A stretch of 20,000 bases of DNA from an uncultured virus (IMG/VR IMGVR_UViG_3300047491_000541) (IMGVR_UViG_3300047491_000541); one strand, 5' to 3'. Shown: positions 9,215 to 17,090, counted from the first letter of the stretch. The notes: a model not told the origin generated them from the letters alone. Made by a program: numbers and translations.

Positions 9215-9478
9215 TCATACTCTTCCGATCCTCACGGTGATTTTCGTATGATCAAGCGTAATGTCCATCTCGGTCATGTTGGCATCTCGAAGCACCTTGT
9301 CCAGAGTAATCGCAGCCGCCTGAGCGGTCGTGCTACTGAATCCAACAGGATCATACAAATCCTTTGCAATCGTCCGAACGCCCCTAGCTAGAGTCTCATC
9401 ACTCCATTCCAGAAATGTCGGGGCTGCACGCTCGGCATCTGTCAACGTCTTGTCAAAATCTTCCACTTTGGTGCTCAT
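9215..9478 (-). CDS. Hypothetical protein
   Basis: AAGGAG RBS; 87 aa. Confidence 0.75.
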   Translation of the reverse strand: MSTKVEDFDKTLTDAERAAPTFLEWSDETLARGVRTIAKDLYDPVGFSSTTAQAAAITLDKVLRDANMTEMDITLDHTKITVRIGRV

Positions 9479-9500
9479 GTCACAACTCCTTATTCTGTTT

Positions 9501-9677
9501 CTATTTCTTTTCTATTTCATCCAAGACGAGTTCCCAAACAGAATCCAGTGTCTCGTCTTCAGCCCAAGGAACATGCTTATCCGCCCATGTATCGAATGTG
9601 GCACGGCGAAATGAAGAATGCTTCATGCTTTTTACGAATGCCTTGGCTACATCAACGTTGATCGTGTTCTTTCCCAT
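9501..9677 (-). CDS. Hypothetical protein
   Basis: GGGAGG RBS before ATG 9677. Confidence 0.65.
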   Translation of the reverse strand: MGKNTINVDVAKAFVKSMKHSSFRRATFDTWADKHVPWAEDETLDSVWELVLDEIEKK

Positions 9678-9703
9678 AGACCCTCCCATAATCCCAGTGA
9701 ACA

Positions 9704-10300
9704 TCAATTGGAGATCACAAATGGTTTACCACAATAAGGGCAGAACGCCCAAGACTTCCAACACTCTTCGCTACAGGTGGACTTCCCGCAAAGAGTCATC
9801 GGCTCATACTCGATATGCCCTGAAATCATGTCGTCAGGCTGCCGTTCACACCTCATCCCACACTTCGGCTTCTCAACCAGTTCCTTGATCGTGTCCGCCA
9901 AAGCCTTCAATCCTGCCGGAGTATCCACATGGTAATGACCACAGGCAAGCCCGTGAAACCAATCGCGAGGGCTAGGACACCCACAATGACCATCGATCCT
10001 TACTTCCTGCCCAATAGCATTATGGAGTCTCTCTGCGGCTTTTACTTCGATCCCCGGTCCCTTGCAAACCCAGTAATTCCAAGACCGCTCGAATGTCCAG
10101 CCGTACAGTGAACCCATGATCGCTGACTTCACTTCGGCATTAAGATGTTGTCGACATTGATCCATGCCGCGACGAAGAAATTCGTAATTATTACGATGAC
10201 GAAGAAATTCGTGGTTGTCGACATTGATCCCTGCCGCTTTCAACTCAGCAGCCAGGACATCATCTGTCTTCAAAACCCCAGCCATATTAGGAAAACTCAT
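9704..10300 (-). CDS. Hypothetical phage protein with C-terminal zinc-ribbon-like motif
   Basis: VRIDGHCGCPSP, YHVDTPAGL, FCPYCGK. Confidence 0.8.
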   Translation of the reverse strand: MSFPNMAGVLKTDDVLAAELKAAGINVDNHEFLRHRNNYEFLRRGMDQCRQHLNAEVKSAIMGSLYGWTFERSWNYWVCKGPGIEVKAAERLHNAIGQEVRIDGHCGCPSPRDWFHGLACGHYHVDTPAGLKALADTIKELVEKPKCGMRCERQPDDMISGHIEYEPMTLCGKSTCSEECWKSWAFCPYCGKPFVISN

Positions 10301-10301
10301 T

Positions 10302-10526
10302 TCATGCCTCCAATCTAATATTCACGAATCCGGGTTGATCTGCACAAGGCTCACGCTCTGGTCCACCCTTAAGGTCTTTATTGCCCTTGCGAACGATTGC
10401 CCACCCGTTACCAGTCCAACACTCCTTCTGAGTGTTGGCGAATTCCTTGACCTCTTCATCTGTCCAATCCTCTGGAACACAGACTTGCATGTCTGACACG
10501 TTGATATACATTATCTTTGGTTTCAT
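10302..10526 (-). CDS. Hypothetical protein
   Basis: AAGGGAG RBS; MQVCVPEDWTDEEV. Confidence 0.75.
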   Translation of the reverse strand: MKPKIMYINVSDMQVCVPEDWTDEEVKEFANTQKECWTGNGWAIVRKGNKDLKGGPEREPCADQPGFVNIRLEA

Positions 10527-10527
10527 T

Positions 10528-10761
10528 TTATTCTCCCTTCTTAGAAAGAAGTTGTGGATCATCCGAAATGCCACCAGACAACCCGACCATATACTCCACA
10601 AAAGATGATCTTGTCTCAAGAGTAATCGGCAATGATGAAAAAACTGTATGAGTCCCGTAGTGTGGCTGAACTCCAATTAAGAAACCAGTGTCAATACATT
10701 TGATCACTGGTTTCTTTCCAGTTCTCTTTTCGATCTCGTTTACCACTTCATCACAAGTCAT
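10528..10761 (-). CDS. Hypothetical protein
   Basis: ORF track; RBS; operon packing. Confidence 0.65.
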   Translation of the reverse strand: MTCDEVVNEIEKRTGKKPVIKCIDTGFLIGVQPHYGTHTVFSSLPITLETRSSFVEYMVGLSGGISDDPQLLSKKGE

Positions 10762-10963
10762 AAATTATCCTTCCTTTGTCTCCATGATTCCTCGCTAAGC
10801 TCTCTTTGGCATCGTAGAATTTCGCAAGTCGTTCAACATATAATTATACACTTGTGCAAACCATCTGGATAGTATGATTCGTCCTCGCATGTGCATGGAA
10901 AGATAATGTATTCACCATCCTCTCCAACACTGTCTTGTTCGACCACTCACTCATAATCAACTC

Positions 10964-11260
10964 CTATTGCTGATCCTCTGGGACCACAACTATCTCCAAC
11001 ACTTTGTAGTGCAGGATTTTGAAAGGCGTCCGAACACGCTCTGACTCTGCAATCGCAAGATCAATTGCGAGAGTAACTCTGGCAACATCCACCTCTTCCC
11101 CATGCTTATAGTCAATAATCATCTTGGTAGGAGTCCCTACTCCCGTTAGTCCAAGCCCTGCCGCCGCCATGAAGTCCGAGACGTTTCGATCTCCTTGCAG
11201 AATCTCGACAATGGCTCGGTAATGTCCTTTAACTTGAGTCGTCTCTTTTTCTGAATCCAT
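10964..11260 (-). CDS. Hypothetical protein
   Basis: GAGGGG RBS before ATG 11260. Confidence 0.7.
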   Translation of the reverse strand: MDSEKETTQVKGHYRAIVEILQGDRNVSDFMAAAGLGLTGVGTPTKMIIDYKHGEEVDVARVTLAIDLAIAESERVRTPFKILHYKVLEIVVVPEDQQ

Positions 11261-11465
11261 AACCCCCTCATTGATCTTCAAATGCTCCCGACAACACCAT
11301 GGATGTCTTTGTTCCATCCACTGCCACTAAGACGCCTCCTGTATCAAAAGCCTGTGTTGCCCCTTCCAGAGCCCACCGATGATACTCTGTATCTATAGCG
11401 ACTTCGCACCATCCAACACGATCCTCTTGGCCTAGACATTACCGATTTCTGGTCAGCATAAGGAG

Positions 11466-11723
11466 TTATTTCATCTTGGCTATCACTTCCATAGCTATTG
11501 CCTTGCACTCTCGCCAGATTTTACGGCTGCCAATGTCATTCGGAACAAAGGGCTTCCTGAATCTCCAACACGGAAAAGATAAACAGACTTGCTCGACCTT
11601 GGACGAGTCTCCGCCACTCATCTCCACGATGACTCCGGCAATGCGAGCCTTTTCTTCCATAGACTTTTTGGCCGCCTCTCCATATAACGTGAGCGTTATT
11701 GCGATTTCGTTTGTCATTTTCAT
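11466..11723 (-). CDS. Hypothetical protein, weak resemblance to Hydrolase_2 N-terminus
   Basis: AAGGAGG RBS; AITLTLYGEA and FPCW recall the LARTIYGEA...QFSCW pattern (weak). Confidence 0.6.
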   Translation of the reverse strand: MKMTNEIAITLTLYGEAAKKSMEEKARIAGVIVEMSGGDSSKVEQVCLSFPCWRFRKPFVPNDIGSRKIWRECKAIAMEVIAKMK

Positions 11724-11737
11724 GTCCTCCTTGATAG

Positions 11738-12193
11738 TCACCAACCAACACTTAACGGTTGGGAACTCGCAAATGTTGAATAAAAAGTAGTGCCACGATG
11801 TTCTATTTTGGGCAATTCTTTCCGAGGCTGCTTGGCAAGTCGGTAGATACCATCAACAGTCACATAAAGATGTCCAGTCTCTACTAATTCTGCCAACCCC
11901 ACGTCCCAATTGCGCCGCTTGGTTTTATCGGTGGCAATTTCTCTGGCAATAACGCCCATCATGGCATCTGATGAAGCCGAGCCTCCAAGAGACTTGATGA
12001 TATCTAAGAACATCTTTCCGCAAGGACTTACCTCGTCTTTTCCAGGTCGTCCGATTTTAGTAGGTAGTTTTCTCATAGATTTTCTCACAGATTTTCCCTT
12101 AAACGAATTCGGTCGCTTACAACCGACACTCTGCCATACTGTTGGAGCGACCTCGAACATGCTCGACAATCGCAATGCAGTGCGGGCCGACAC
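11738..12193 (-). CDS. Hypothetical basic protein, possible winged helix
   Basis: ORF track; LAELVETGHLYVTVDGIYRL. Confidence 0.6.
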   Translation of the reverse strand: MSARTALRLSSMFEVAPTVWQSVGCKRPNSFKGKSVRKSMRKLPTKIGRPGKDEVSPCGKMFLDIIKSLGGSASSDAMMGVIAREIATDKTKRRNWDVGLAELVETGHLYVTVDGIYRLAKQPRKELPKIEHRGTTFYSTFASSQPLSVGW

Positions 12194-12209
12194 CTCAACA
12201 GTAGAGCCA

Positions 12210-12458
12210 TCAGGTGTCTGATATCCACTCCCCCCTTTTATTTCTCAGAAACTCCAGCATCTTTATGCCATCCATCCTACACGAACAACGTTGAGTCTTT
12301 CCACGACCTACATACGGGACTTCTCCTCCATTTTCCTTGAAAACCGGACAGAGATTGCAATGACCTTGCCCGCTTTTCTCACACGTCTCTTGTAATGCAG
12401 TCACGATGTCGGATTCTTCAATCGGCTCCTTGTACACCAGTTTCATCAGAATGCTCAT
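12210..12458 (-). CDS. Hypothetical Cys-rich protein
   Basis: GGAGG RBS, ATGA overlap; CNLCP, CSC. Confidence 0.7.
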   Translation of the reverse strand: MSILMKLVYKEPIEESDIVTALQETCEKSGQGHCNLCPVFKENGGEVPYVGRGKTQRCSCRMDGIKMLEFLRNKRGEWISDT

Positions 12459-12838
12459 ACTTCCTCCACTTGATCACAGTTACACCATCTCTCCTCGTCT
12501 TCACGGACCCATGTCGCACAACGCTTGCAACGAAACCCGACATGCCCAGAAGACCTCTCAAACACCCAGTCACCCTTGCTACTCTGAGACCATGACCGGC
12601 GATCATGCTCCAAATCCTTGGAGACCTTGTTGTCAGTAACGATGTCTACCTCGTCAAAGTCAGGATAGTACCGGCAGCAACCGTTGCTCATGGAAAGTCT
12701 GCGCTTCTCCCAGTCAATCGTGATGATTCGGCAGACGCCAGGATCAGGCGATCGCCGCTTGTATCGAGCTAAAAACGGAGGATCTGCCAACAAAATGCAG
12801 GGTACAGTTGCCCCGCTCGCGTTTTCCTGTTCACTCAT
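12455..12838 (-). CDS. Hypothetical protein, probable two-cassette fusion
   Basis: AAGGAG RBS and ATG lie in loop of site 12785-12882; internal GTT core at 12629; C-terminal CKRC...CNC. Confidence 0.7.
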   Translation of the reverse strand: MSEQENASGATVPCILLADPPFLARYKRRSPDPGVCRIITIDWEKRRLSMSNGCCRYYPDFDEVDIVTDNKVSKDLEHDRRSWSQSSKGDWVFERSSGHVGFRCKRCATWVREDEERWCNCDQVEEV

Positions 12839-12882
12839 GGTGTTCTCCTTTGGGCAACTGCCCCTGATTTCTGAAGTTGGCA
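12785..12882 (+). mobile_element. attC-like site (98 bp) with RBS and start codon in loop
   Basis: TGCCAAC...GTTGGCA complementary ends; stem CAGGG-TA-CAGTTGCCC / GGGCAACTG-C-CCCTG. Confidence 0.8.
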
Positions 12883-12961
12883 ATCAATGCATGGTCTAGC
12901 GGCTCTTCTCTCCCCATGCACGGCGTAGTATGGGGTTGCCCCCTCCACCGCTCAGCCGGAT

Positions 12962-13018
12962 TGCCAAAAATCGTGTCAAAACTACCTCGCTTCGCTCGGA
13001 ATGTACCTGTGGAGCGGC
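12962..13018 (+). mobile_element. Degenerate attC-like site
   Basis: GATTGCCAAA pairs 9/10 with GTTGGCAATC at 12876; CTCGCTTCGCTCGG centre; right core decayed. Confidence 0.5.
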
Positions 13019-13227
13019 AGCTCAATGCCGCGCTTTGCAAGTAAGACTGCGAACCACTCCGCGCGAGTGTTGTTGTATTTCGGCCCCATCTCGAAAGCCG
13101 CGTCAATAAGGATGCCAGCAAGTTCGTCGCGTTCGGCGTCGTTCAACATGCCCAAGTCGAGCGTCGTCGACGATTCGACCACTTGCACGGTTACGAAACT
13201 GCTTGTGTGTCTGACCTTGATTTCCAT
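12982..13227 (-). CDS. Hypothetical protein
   Basis: AAGGAG RBS; 81 aa. Confidence 0.75.
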   Translation of the reverse strand: MEIKVRHTSSFVTVQVVESSTTLDLGMLNDAERDELAGILIDAAFEMGPKYNNTRAEWFAVLLAKRGIELPLHRYIPSEAR

Positions 13228-13240
13228 CGTTTGTCTCCTT

Positions 13241-13540
13241 TCAGTGTTTGTCCGTACGGCTGTCCGTGCGCCACACCAATACTATGCGGCTGTCCGTGCG
13301 CCACACCAATACTATGATCAGCACTAACAGCGATACCAAGGCCGTGAAGCAGAGGGCGCCGACGCAGAGGGCGAGCACCGTGAACCAGCGATCACCGCCG
13401 GCGGAGTGATTCAGCAAGGCGGCGATGCCGGCGGCCATCGTGAATGCACCGGCGGCCATCGTGTAAGCGATGATCCATGAAAGCGAGGGCCATTCGAGGA
13501 GGGCCACGAGAAACAGGTGTTTGAGGTTCTTCTTATTCAT
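13241..13540 (-). CDS. Hypothetical membrane protein
   Basis: AAGGAG RBS; 2-3 hydrophobic segments; duplicated IVLVWRTDSR. Confidence 0.7.
   Translation of the reverse strand: MNKKNLKHLFLVALLEWPSLSWIIAYTMAAGAFTMAAGIAALLNHSAGGDRWFTVLALCVGALCFTALVSLLVLIIVLVWRTDSRIVLVWRTDSRTDKH
13257..13316 (+). repeat. Perfect 30-bp tandem duplication
   Basis: CGGCTGTCCGTGCGCCACACCAATACTATG x2. Confidence 0.95.
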
Positions 13541-13568
13541 CGAACTCCTTTTTGGGGGTGGCAAAGAG

Positions 13569-14231
13569 TCACCTCTTGGCGTTGGGCTTCGTAACCCTAA
13601 GTGTCTTAACCAACCGATAGTTGTCCGAGTCGAAGTCCTCAGAGCAACCAGCTCGACCTACATTGCGACCAGCGACGCACACATGCAGTGTGCCGCGGTG
13701 CCGACTCTCATAAACCTCGACCAAGTTGCCGACCACTGCCATAACGCAATCAATTGGCGGATAAGGCTTGCCATCCGGGCCAGTAACATTCCTGTCGATT
13801 TCGATGCTGATGTGTCGTACTACGTCGAACCACACAAAATGCTTTTTCCCGAAACCGAGCAACCGTTTGATCTTCTTCCACATGTTCTTCATCGTTGTCC
13901 TTTCGTTAGATTCTTGCCCGAACAATCGCTTGAGCCAACGGCAAGTACGCCATGGCTCACCTCCCGTGTTGGCCTTGCGCGTAACCCACGTCACCAAGCC
14001 CAACGGCGTGTACAGATTCCAGTATCTGGCCGTGCCGTTCGCGCCGCCGTACTTGCAAGCGACCCAGCCGCTGCGTGCACGGTACACGTCCAACGTGAGG
14101 CGTCCGACGTGCAGGCGAATCAGCCGCTTGCCCCACGTCGAGACGTTCAGAGATCGCCAGCCGTAGGTGTGCCTATCCGCTTCGGCAGAGTACGGGTCCA
14201 GTGTTGCATCAATCGTCGTTGTCCCGTTCAT
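13569..14231 (-). CDS. Hypothetical ORF spanning two cassettes (internal start 13892)
   Basis: AAAGGA RBS before both 14231 and 13892; reads through site 13917-13974. Confidence 0.65.
   Translation of the reverse strand: MNGTTTIDATLDPYSAEADRHTYGWRSLNVSTWGKRLIRLHVGRLTLDVYRARSGWVACKYGGANGTARYWNLYTPLGLVTWVTRKANTGGEPWRTCRWLKRLFGQESNERTTMKNMWKKIKRLLGFGKKHFVWFDVVRHISIEIDRNVTGPDGKPYPPIDCVMAVVGNLVEVYESRHRGTLHVCVAGRNVGRAGCSEDFDSDNYRLVKTLRVTKPNAKR
13917..13974 (+). mobile_element. attC-like site (58 bp) inside coding sequence
   Basis: CCCGAAC...TGAGCCA-ACGGC-AAGTAC-GCCA-TGGCTCA...GTTGGCC hairpin. Confidence 0.75.
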
Positions 14232-14261
14232 TGTGTCCTTTCTGCACCGGCTGACCAAGAA

Positions 14262-14318
14262 GGCCAACCAGCGCATCGAAGCGACGACTACCCGCCGTGC
14301 CTCACGCTTTTGTTATTG
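14262..14318 (+). mobile_element. attC-like site (57 bp)
   Basis: GGCCAAC-CAGCG-CATCGAAG ... CCTCACG-CTTTT-GTTATTG; left end pairs 9/9 with 13968. Confidence 0.75.
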
Positions 14319-14894
14319 CCGCATATCGGACTGTTGGGCTGTCAGCATATCAGCCAGTCCCGCTGCGATGGCCTCGTGCCCTGCGCGATTCGGGTGTATG
14401 TCGCGTCCGTCAAAGTGATGAGGCAGAAGGACACTTCTCGTGTCGAAGGTCTCAACACCATCCGGCAATGCGCCGCATATAGCAGCGTTGAGCAACGGGC
14501 ACGCGATTGCTGACCTGATGTCTCGTCCGCAAAACGGGTCTGCGTACAGCAGAACAATAGTGCGTGCCTTTCGGACGGTCTCCACCGTGCGCCGCAACGC
14601 GGACACCCCGGCGCTGACCTCATCCGGCGTCACGGTTCCGTCTGCTATCGCCGCAAAAGCGTCGTTGCCGAGCAGCGAAATGATAACCACGTCGGCGGAT
14701 GTCTGTGCGGCACGAGTCAAGCGTCCATCGAAATTATCGGCCCACTGCGCGGCCGTGCTGCCAGCGATGGCCTGCCGCAGGTCGTCGGCAATGCCAAGCA
14801 TCATCGGCCAGCCCATGCGGTCGCCCTCTCCAGCAACCACGGCTGAGGACCACGAATCCCCGACAACTAGCGCATTCAGTGAGATCGTCTTCAT
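14313..14894 (-). CDS. SGNH/GDSL hydrolase (esterase/deacetylase)
   Basis: VVGDSW block I, AIAGST block II, LLGND block III, DIHPN block V; ATG 14894 overlaps upstream stop. Confidence 0.9.
   Translation of the reverse strand: MKTISLNALVVGDSWSSAVVAGEGDRMGWPMMLGIADDLRQAIAGSTAAQWADNFDGRLTRAAQTSADVVIISLLGNDAFAAIADGTVTPDEVSAGVSALRRTVETVRKARTIVLLYADPFCGRDIRSAIACPLLNAAICGALPDGVETFDTRSVLLPHHFDGRDIHPNRAGHEAIAAGLADMLTAQQSDMRQ
14319..14339 (+). repeat. Conserved attI-like/half-site motif copy 3
   Basis: CCGCATATCGGACT-GTTGGGC; GTT at 14333. Confidence 0.8.
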
Positions 14895-15361
14895 TCCTTG
14901 TCCCCTCCTACATCGTTCCGCCGAGGAACATCCCCGGCGGTATTGAGGCGTATCGCGCTGTTGGCCTTGCGGATGGCCTGCACCACTTCGCCCAAGGCGA
15001 CTGATCGTCCCTTGAACCACTCTGCGCGAATTGCGTTGCCTGCGGCTTCCTGCTGCTGCGCGTGTTCCCACGCCAGATCGGCAGAGGATTGAACCTCGGC
15101 CAACACTGCGGCCAACACTGCGTCCAAGGTACGCGGCTGCACCGCGCCCGTGACACTGGCGTTCGGCTTCAATGTCCCGCCGTATGCGTGGTCTGGACAG
15201 TATGTCTTTCCGTTGCTGAGGCACTGCCATCCACGCTTCTGCATGACCGGCTCAACGGCACGCTGCCCGTCAAACTCTCCGTTGACGTACTCAGACTCGA
15301 CCGAACATCCTCCAAAGTCGCACTGCAACTTGCTTTGCCCACGTCCTACGATTGTGCCCAT
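14891..15361 (-). CDS. Hypothetical two-module protein (Zn-finger-like plus helical) fused through an attC-like site
   Basis: AAGGAGGT RBS; CDFGGC...YCPDH, then linker encoded by 15110-15167. Confidence 0.75.
   Translation of the reverse strand: MGTIVGRGQSKLQCDFGGCSVESEYVNGEFDGQRAVEPVMQKRGWQCLSNGKTYCPDHAYGGTLKPNASVTGAVQPRTLDAVLAAVLAEVQSSADLAWEHAQQQEAAGNAIRAEWFKGRSVALGEVVQAIRKANSAIRLNTAGDVPRRNDVGGDKE
14946..14966 (+). repeat. Conserved attI-like/half-site motif copy 4 (divergent)
   Basis: AGGCGTATCGCGCT-GTTGGCC; lies in a 59-bp block homologous to 130-188. Confidence 0.7.
15110..15167 (+). mobile_element. attC-like site (58 bp) inside coding sequence
   Basis: GGCCAAC-ACTGC-GTC[C]AAGG-TACGCGG-CTGCA-CCGCGC-CCGTGAC-ACTGGC-GTTCGGC; canonical spacers and extra C. 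Confidence 0.85.
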
Positions 15362-15362
15362 A

Positions 15363-15626
15363 TCAGACCTCCTTCCGAAAAGTCGAGCCAGAGCATTCAG
15401 GCGCGGGTACTCCAGCCTGAGCCTCGGCGTTCGCCTTCTTGATCTTGTCATGCAGGTTCTCGTACCGTTTTGCCAGCCTATTTGCGGCGCGGACCGTGCG
15501 CGTCTGGTCAGGTGTCTGATGCCACGGTTCCAGCGTGTGAACGTCGGCAATGGACTCTTGCCAGAGCTTGGCGTCCCACAGCGCGGACAACAGGAGCGGA
15601 ATGTCCCGGCGAGCGAGAGGCTTCAT
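15363..15626 (-). CDS. Hypothetical protein
   Basis: AAGGGAG RBS; C-terminus runs through degenerate site 15374-15435. Confidence 0.7.
   Translation of the reverse strand: MKPLARRDIPLLLSALWDAKLWQESIADVHTLEPWHQTPDQTRTVRAANRLAKRYENLHDKIKKANAEAQAGVPAPECSGSTFRKEV
15374..15435 (+). mobile_element. Degenerate attC-like site
   Basis: TCAGGC/GCCTGA stem; CCTGAGC-CTCGGC-GTTCGCC right arm. Confidence 0.5.
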
Positions 15627-15841
15627 GATATCGTCTCCCTTCGGTCGCCGAAGCATGAGTCTCGGCGTTGGATGTTCGGTTTACAGTTCCGGCAAAGCGG
15701 CAGAACTTGAGTGATGCCAACGTTACCGACGCTGTAGAACTCAACATGCGTCGTTGACCTACAAACCGAACACGCCGGTGCAGAACTACCGGCGACCAGC
15801 GCCGCTTGCGTCTGTCTCTCAACCATGCGTTGTGTGTTCAT
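15623..15841 (-). CDS. Zinc-ribbon microprotein
   Basis: GAGGAG RBS; CSVC...CRNC. Confidence 0.7.
   Translation of the reverse strand: MNTQRMVERQTQAALVAGSSAPACSVCRSTTHVEFYSVGNVGITQVLPLCRNCKPNIQRRDSCFGDRRETIS
15765..15835 (+). mobile_element. attC-like site encoding N-terminus of 15623..15841
   Basis: ACCGAAC-ACGCC-GGTGCAGA ... TCTCAAC-CATGC-GTTGTGT; left end pairs 9/9 with 15674. Confidence 0.65.
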
Positions 15842-15844
15842 CGC

Positions 15845-16453
15845 TCACTCCTCCTTCGCGCTGGCTGGTTTTACGTCAACCGGAACCAAGTTTGTGTCGA
15901 TGCGAGCCTCATTGGATAGCAGTTTTCGCACGAAGTTGTCCGCCTCGGTCCAGATTCCCCCCTTGAGACTACCCGCCGTAACCACGTTTGTGCAGAGGCC
16001 AGCCTCATCGTCTAGCGGTTTTTCGTTTTGGTCAGACACGGTCCACATACCATCCTTGTACATACCCACACTCACTAGGTTTGTGCCGAGGCTAATCTTA
16101 CCGTATAACATCACTGTGATGTGGTCAGATATACCGAAGACGGGCCACTTGCGCATGTATACCGTGACCATGTTTGTGTCGCTTGTTCCATTGAGACTGC
16201 CCATCGTAACCCTTTTTGTCACGGTGACATGCTCTTCGGCTAGTATTCTTATGGTGGGGTCCGGAAAGATGTCGTGGGCCTGACTCATCGGAAGCCATTT
16301 GTCGGTGCGATCATCCTCGGCTGGCGGGTTTCTCTGTAGTTTCAGCTTGTCACTGCCTACCGCCACCCCCAGCGCAAAGCAAATCACGTAGCTAATTGCC
16401 CTCGCCACATACCGCACAACCCGCCCACGCTGCTTAAATGTCTTCACTGTCAT
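15845..16453 (-). CDS. Hypothetical membrane-anchored protein
   Basis: AAAGGGGTGA RBS; N-terminal hydrophobic segment. Confidence 0.75.
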   Translation of the reverse strand: MTVKTFKQRGRVVRYVARAISYVICFALGVAVGSDKLKLQRNPPAEDDRTDKWLPMSQAHDIFPDPTIRILAEEHVTVTKRVTMGSLNGTSDTNMVTVYMRKWPVFGISDHITVMLYGKISLGTNLVSVGMYKDGMWTVSDQNEKPLDDEAGLCTNVVTAGSLKGGIWTEADNFVRKLLSNEARIDTNLVPVDVKPASAKEE

Positions 16454-16502
16454 ACAATCACCCCTTTCTCATTACCGCCCCGCCACGGCCATTTATTGGC
16501 CG
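16450..16502 (+). repeat. Leader repeat A copy 1 (hairpin, RBS, ATG on minus strand)
   Basis: Identical to 17087-17138 except one T. Confidence 0.95.
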
Positions 16503-16504
16503 TT

Positions 16505-16526
16505 GCGCATATCGGGCTAGTTGGGC
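16505..16526 (+). repeat. Conserved attI-like/half-site motif copy 5 (1-nt insertion)
   Basis: GCGCATATCGGGCT[A]GTTGGGC; GTT at 16520. Confidence 0.75.
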
Positions 16527-16831
16527 GTACAGGGTATTCCTTGCTGCGTCAGGAACACCGATCCGTGCCCATACTTCATGGCGTATCGTTGAACAGCCAT
16601 CCAGAACGAGTCCACGTTTCCGTTGCACTTCGCGGACCAGTTCGCCATGCGAAACGTAAGTCCTTGCGTGCCCTCTACGCAGTAATGCGTCCGGCCATAA
16701 TCACCAGGCGCCCACTCCACCAGCGCGATGAAGTTCAGGCCGTGCGCCTGCGCGTCCTTCGCCAGTTCGGACAGTTTCGGGGCAATCACTTCATCGTAGT
16801 ATTTCTCTCCGTCTGTCACTTGCCACCTCAA
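16517..16831 (-). CDS. Hypothetical protein
   Basis: ORF track; EKYYDEVIAPKL...GNVDSF; start uncertain. Confidence 0.75.
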   Translation of the reverse strand: MRWQVTDGEKYYDEVIAPKLSELAKDAQAHGLNFIALVEWAPGDYGRTHYCVEGTQGLTFRMANWSAKCNGNVDSFWMAVQRYAMKYGHGSVFLTQQGIPCTPN

Positions 16832-16839
16832 TTCATTAC

Positions 16840-16896
16840 GCCCAACAAGCCGTCGTGATCGACGGCTACCCGCCGCGCTTCATGCTTTCGTTGTGC
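16840..16896 (+). mobile_element. attC-like site (57 bp)
   Basis: GCCCAAC...GCTTCAT-GCTTTC-GTTGTGC; left end pairs 10/10 with 16520, right end 11/11 with 17043. Confidence 0.8.
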
Positions 16897-17090
16897 GTCT
16901 GCTTACGAAGTTCCGTCATGCACTTGGCGCACATCCTGATTTCAAGGTGCCGATGTTCGTCGTTGGACCGCACCACCCACACCATGCGCTCGGTGTTGCG
17001 CGTGCAGAAATTGCATCCGCCACTGTTTGCCGTTGACTCCCAAGACGCACAACAAGTTCGTCGAGGGCATTCCTCATTCGCTGCGCTCAT
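16866..17090 (-). CDS. Zinc-ribbon microprotein
   Basis: CNFC...CAKC; start supplied by leader repeat A. Confidence 0.75.
   Translation of the reverse strand: MSAANEECPRRTCCASWESTANSGGCNFCTRNTERMVWVVRSNDEHRHLEIRMCAKCMTELRKQTHNESMKRGG

Noticed and set aside
10765..10954. Stop-codon recoding suggested by interrupted-looking ORFs here (TAA 10844) and at 19227 (TGA)
   Set aside because: TAA, TAG and TGA all end well-supported genes in this window; two isolated cases are insufficient.
11741..11762. CCAACC...GGTTGG hairpin as attC
   Set aside because: Too short and lacks L boxes.
13470..14513. 347-aa plus-strand ORF and other plus-strand ORFs
   Set aside because: Antisense shadows of RBS-supported minus-strand genes in GC-rich DNA; no recognisable motifs.
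130..14965. Diverged repeat pair as a DGR template/variable repeat
   Set aside because: Mismatches are not confined to adenines on either strand and no reverse transcriptase is in the window.
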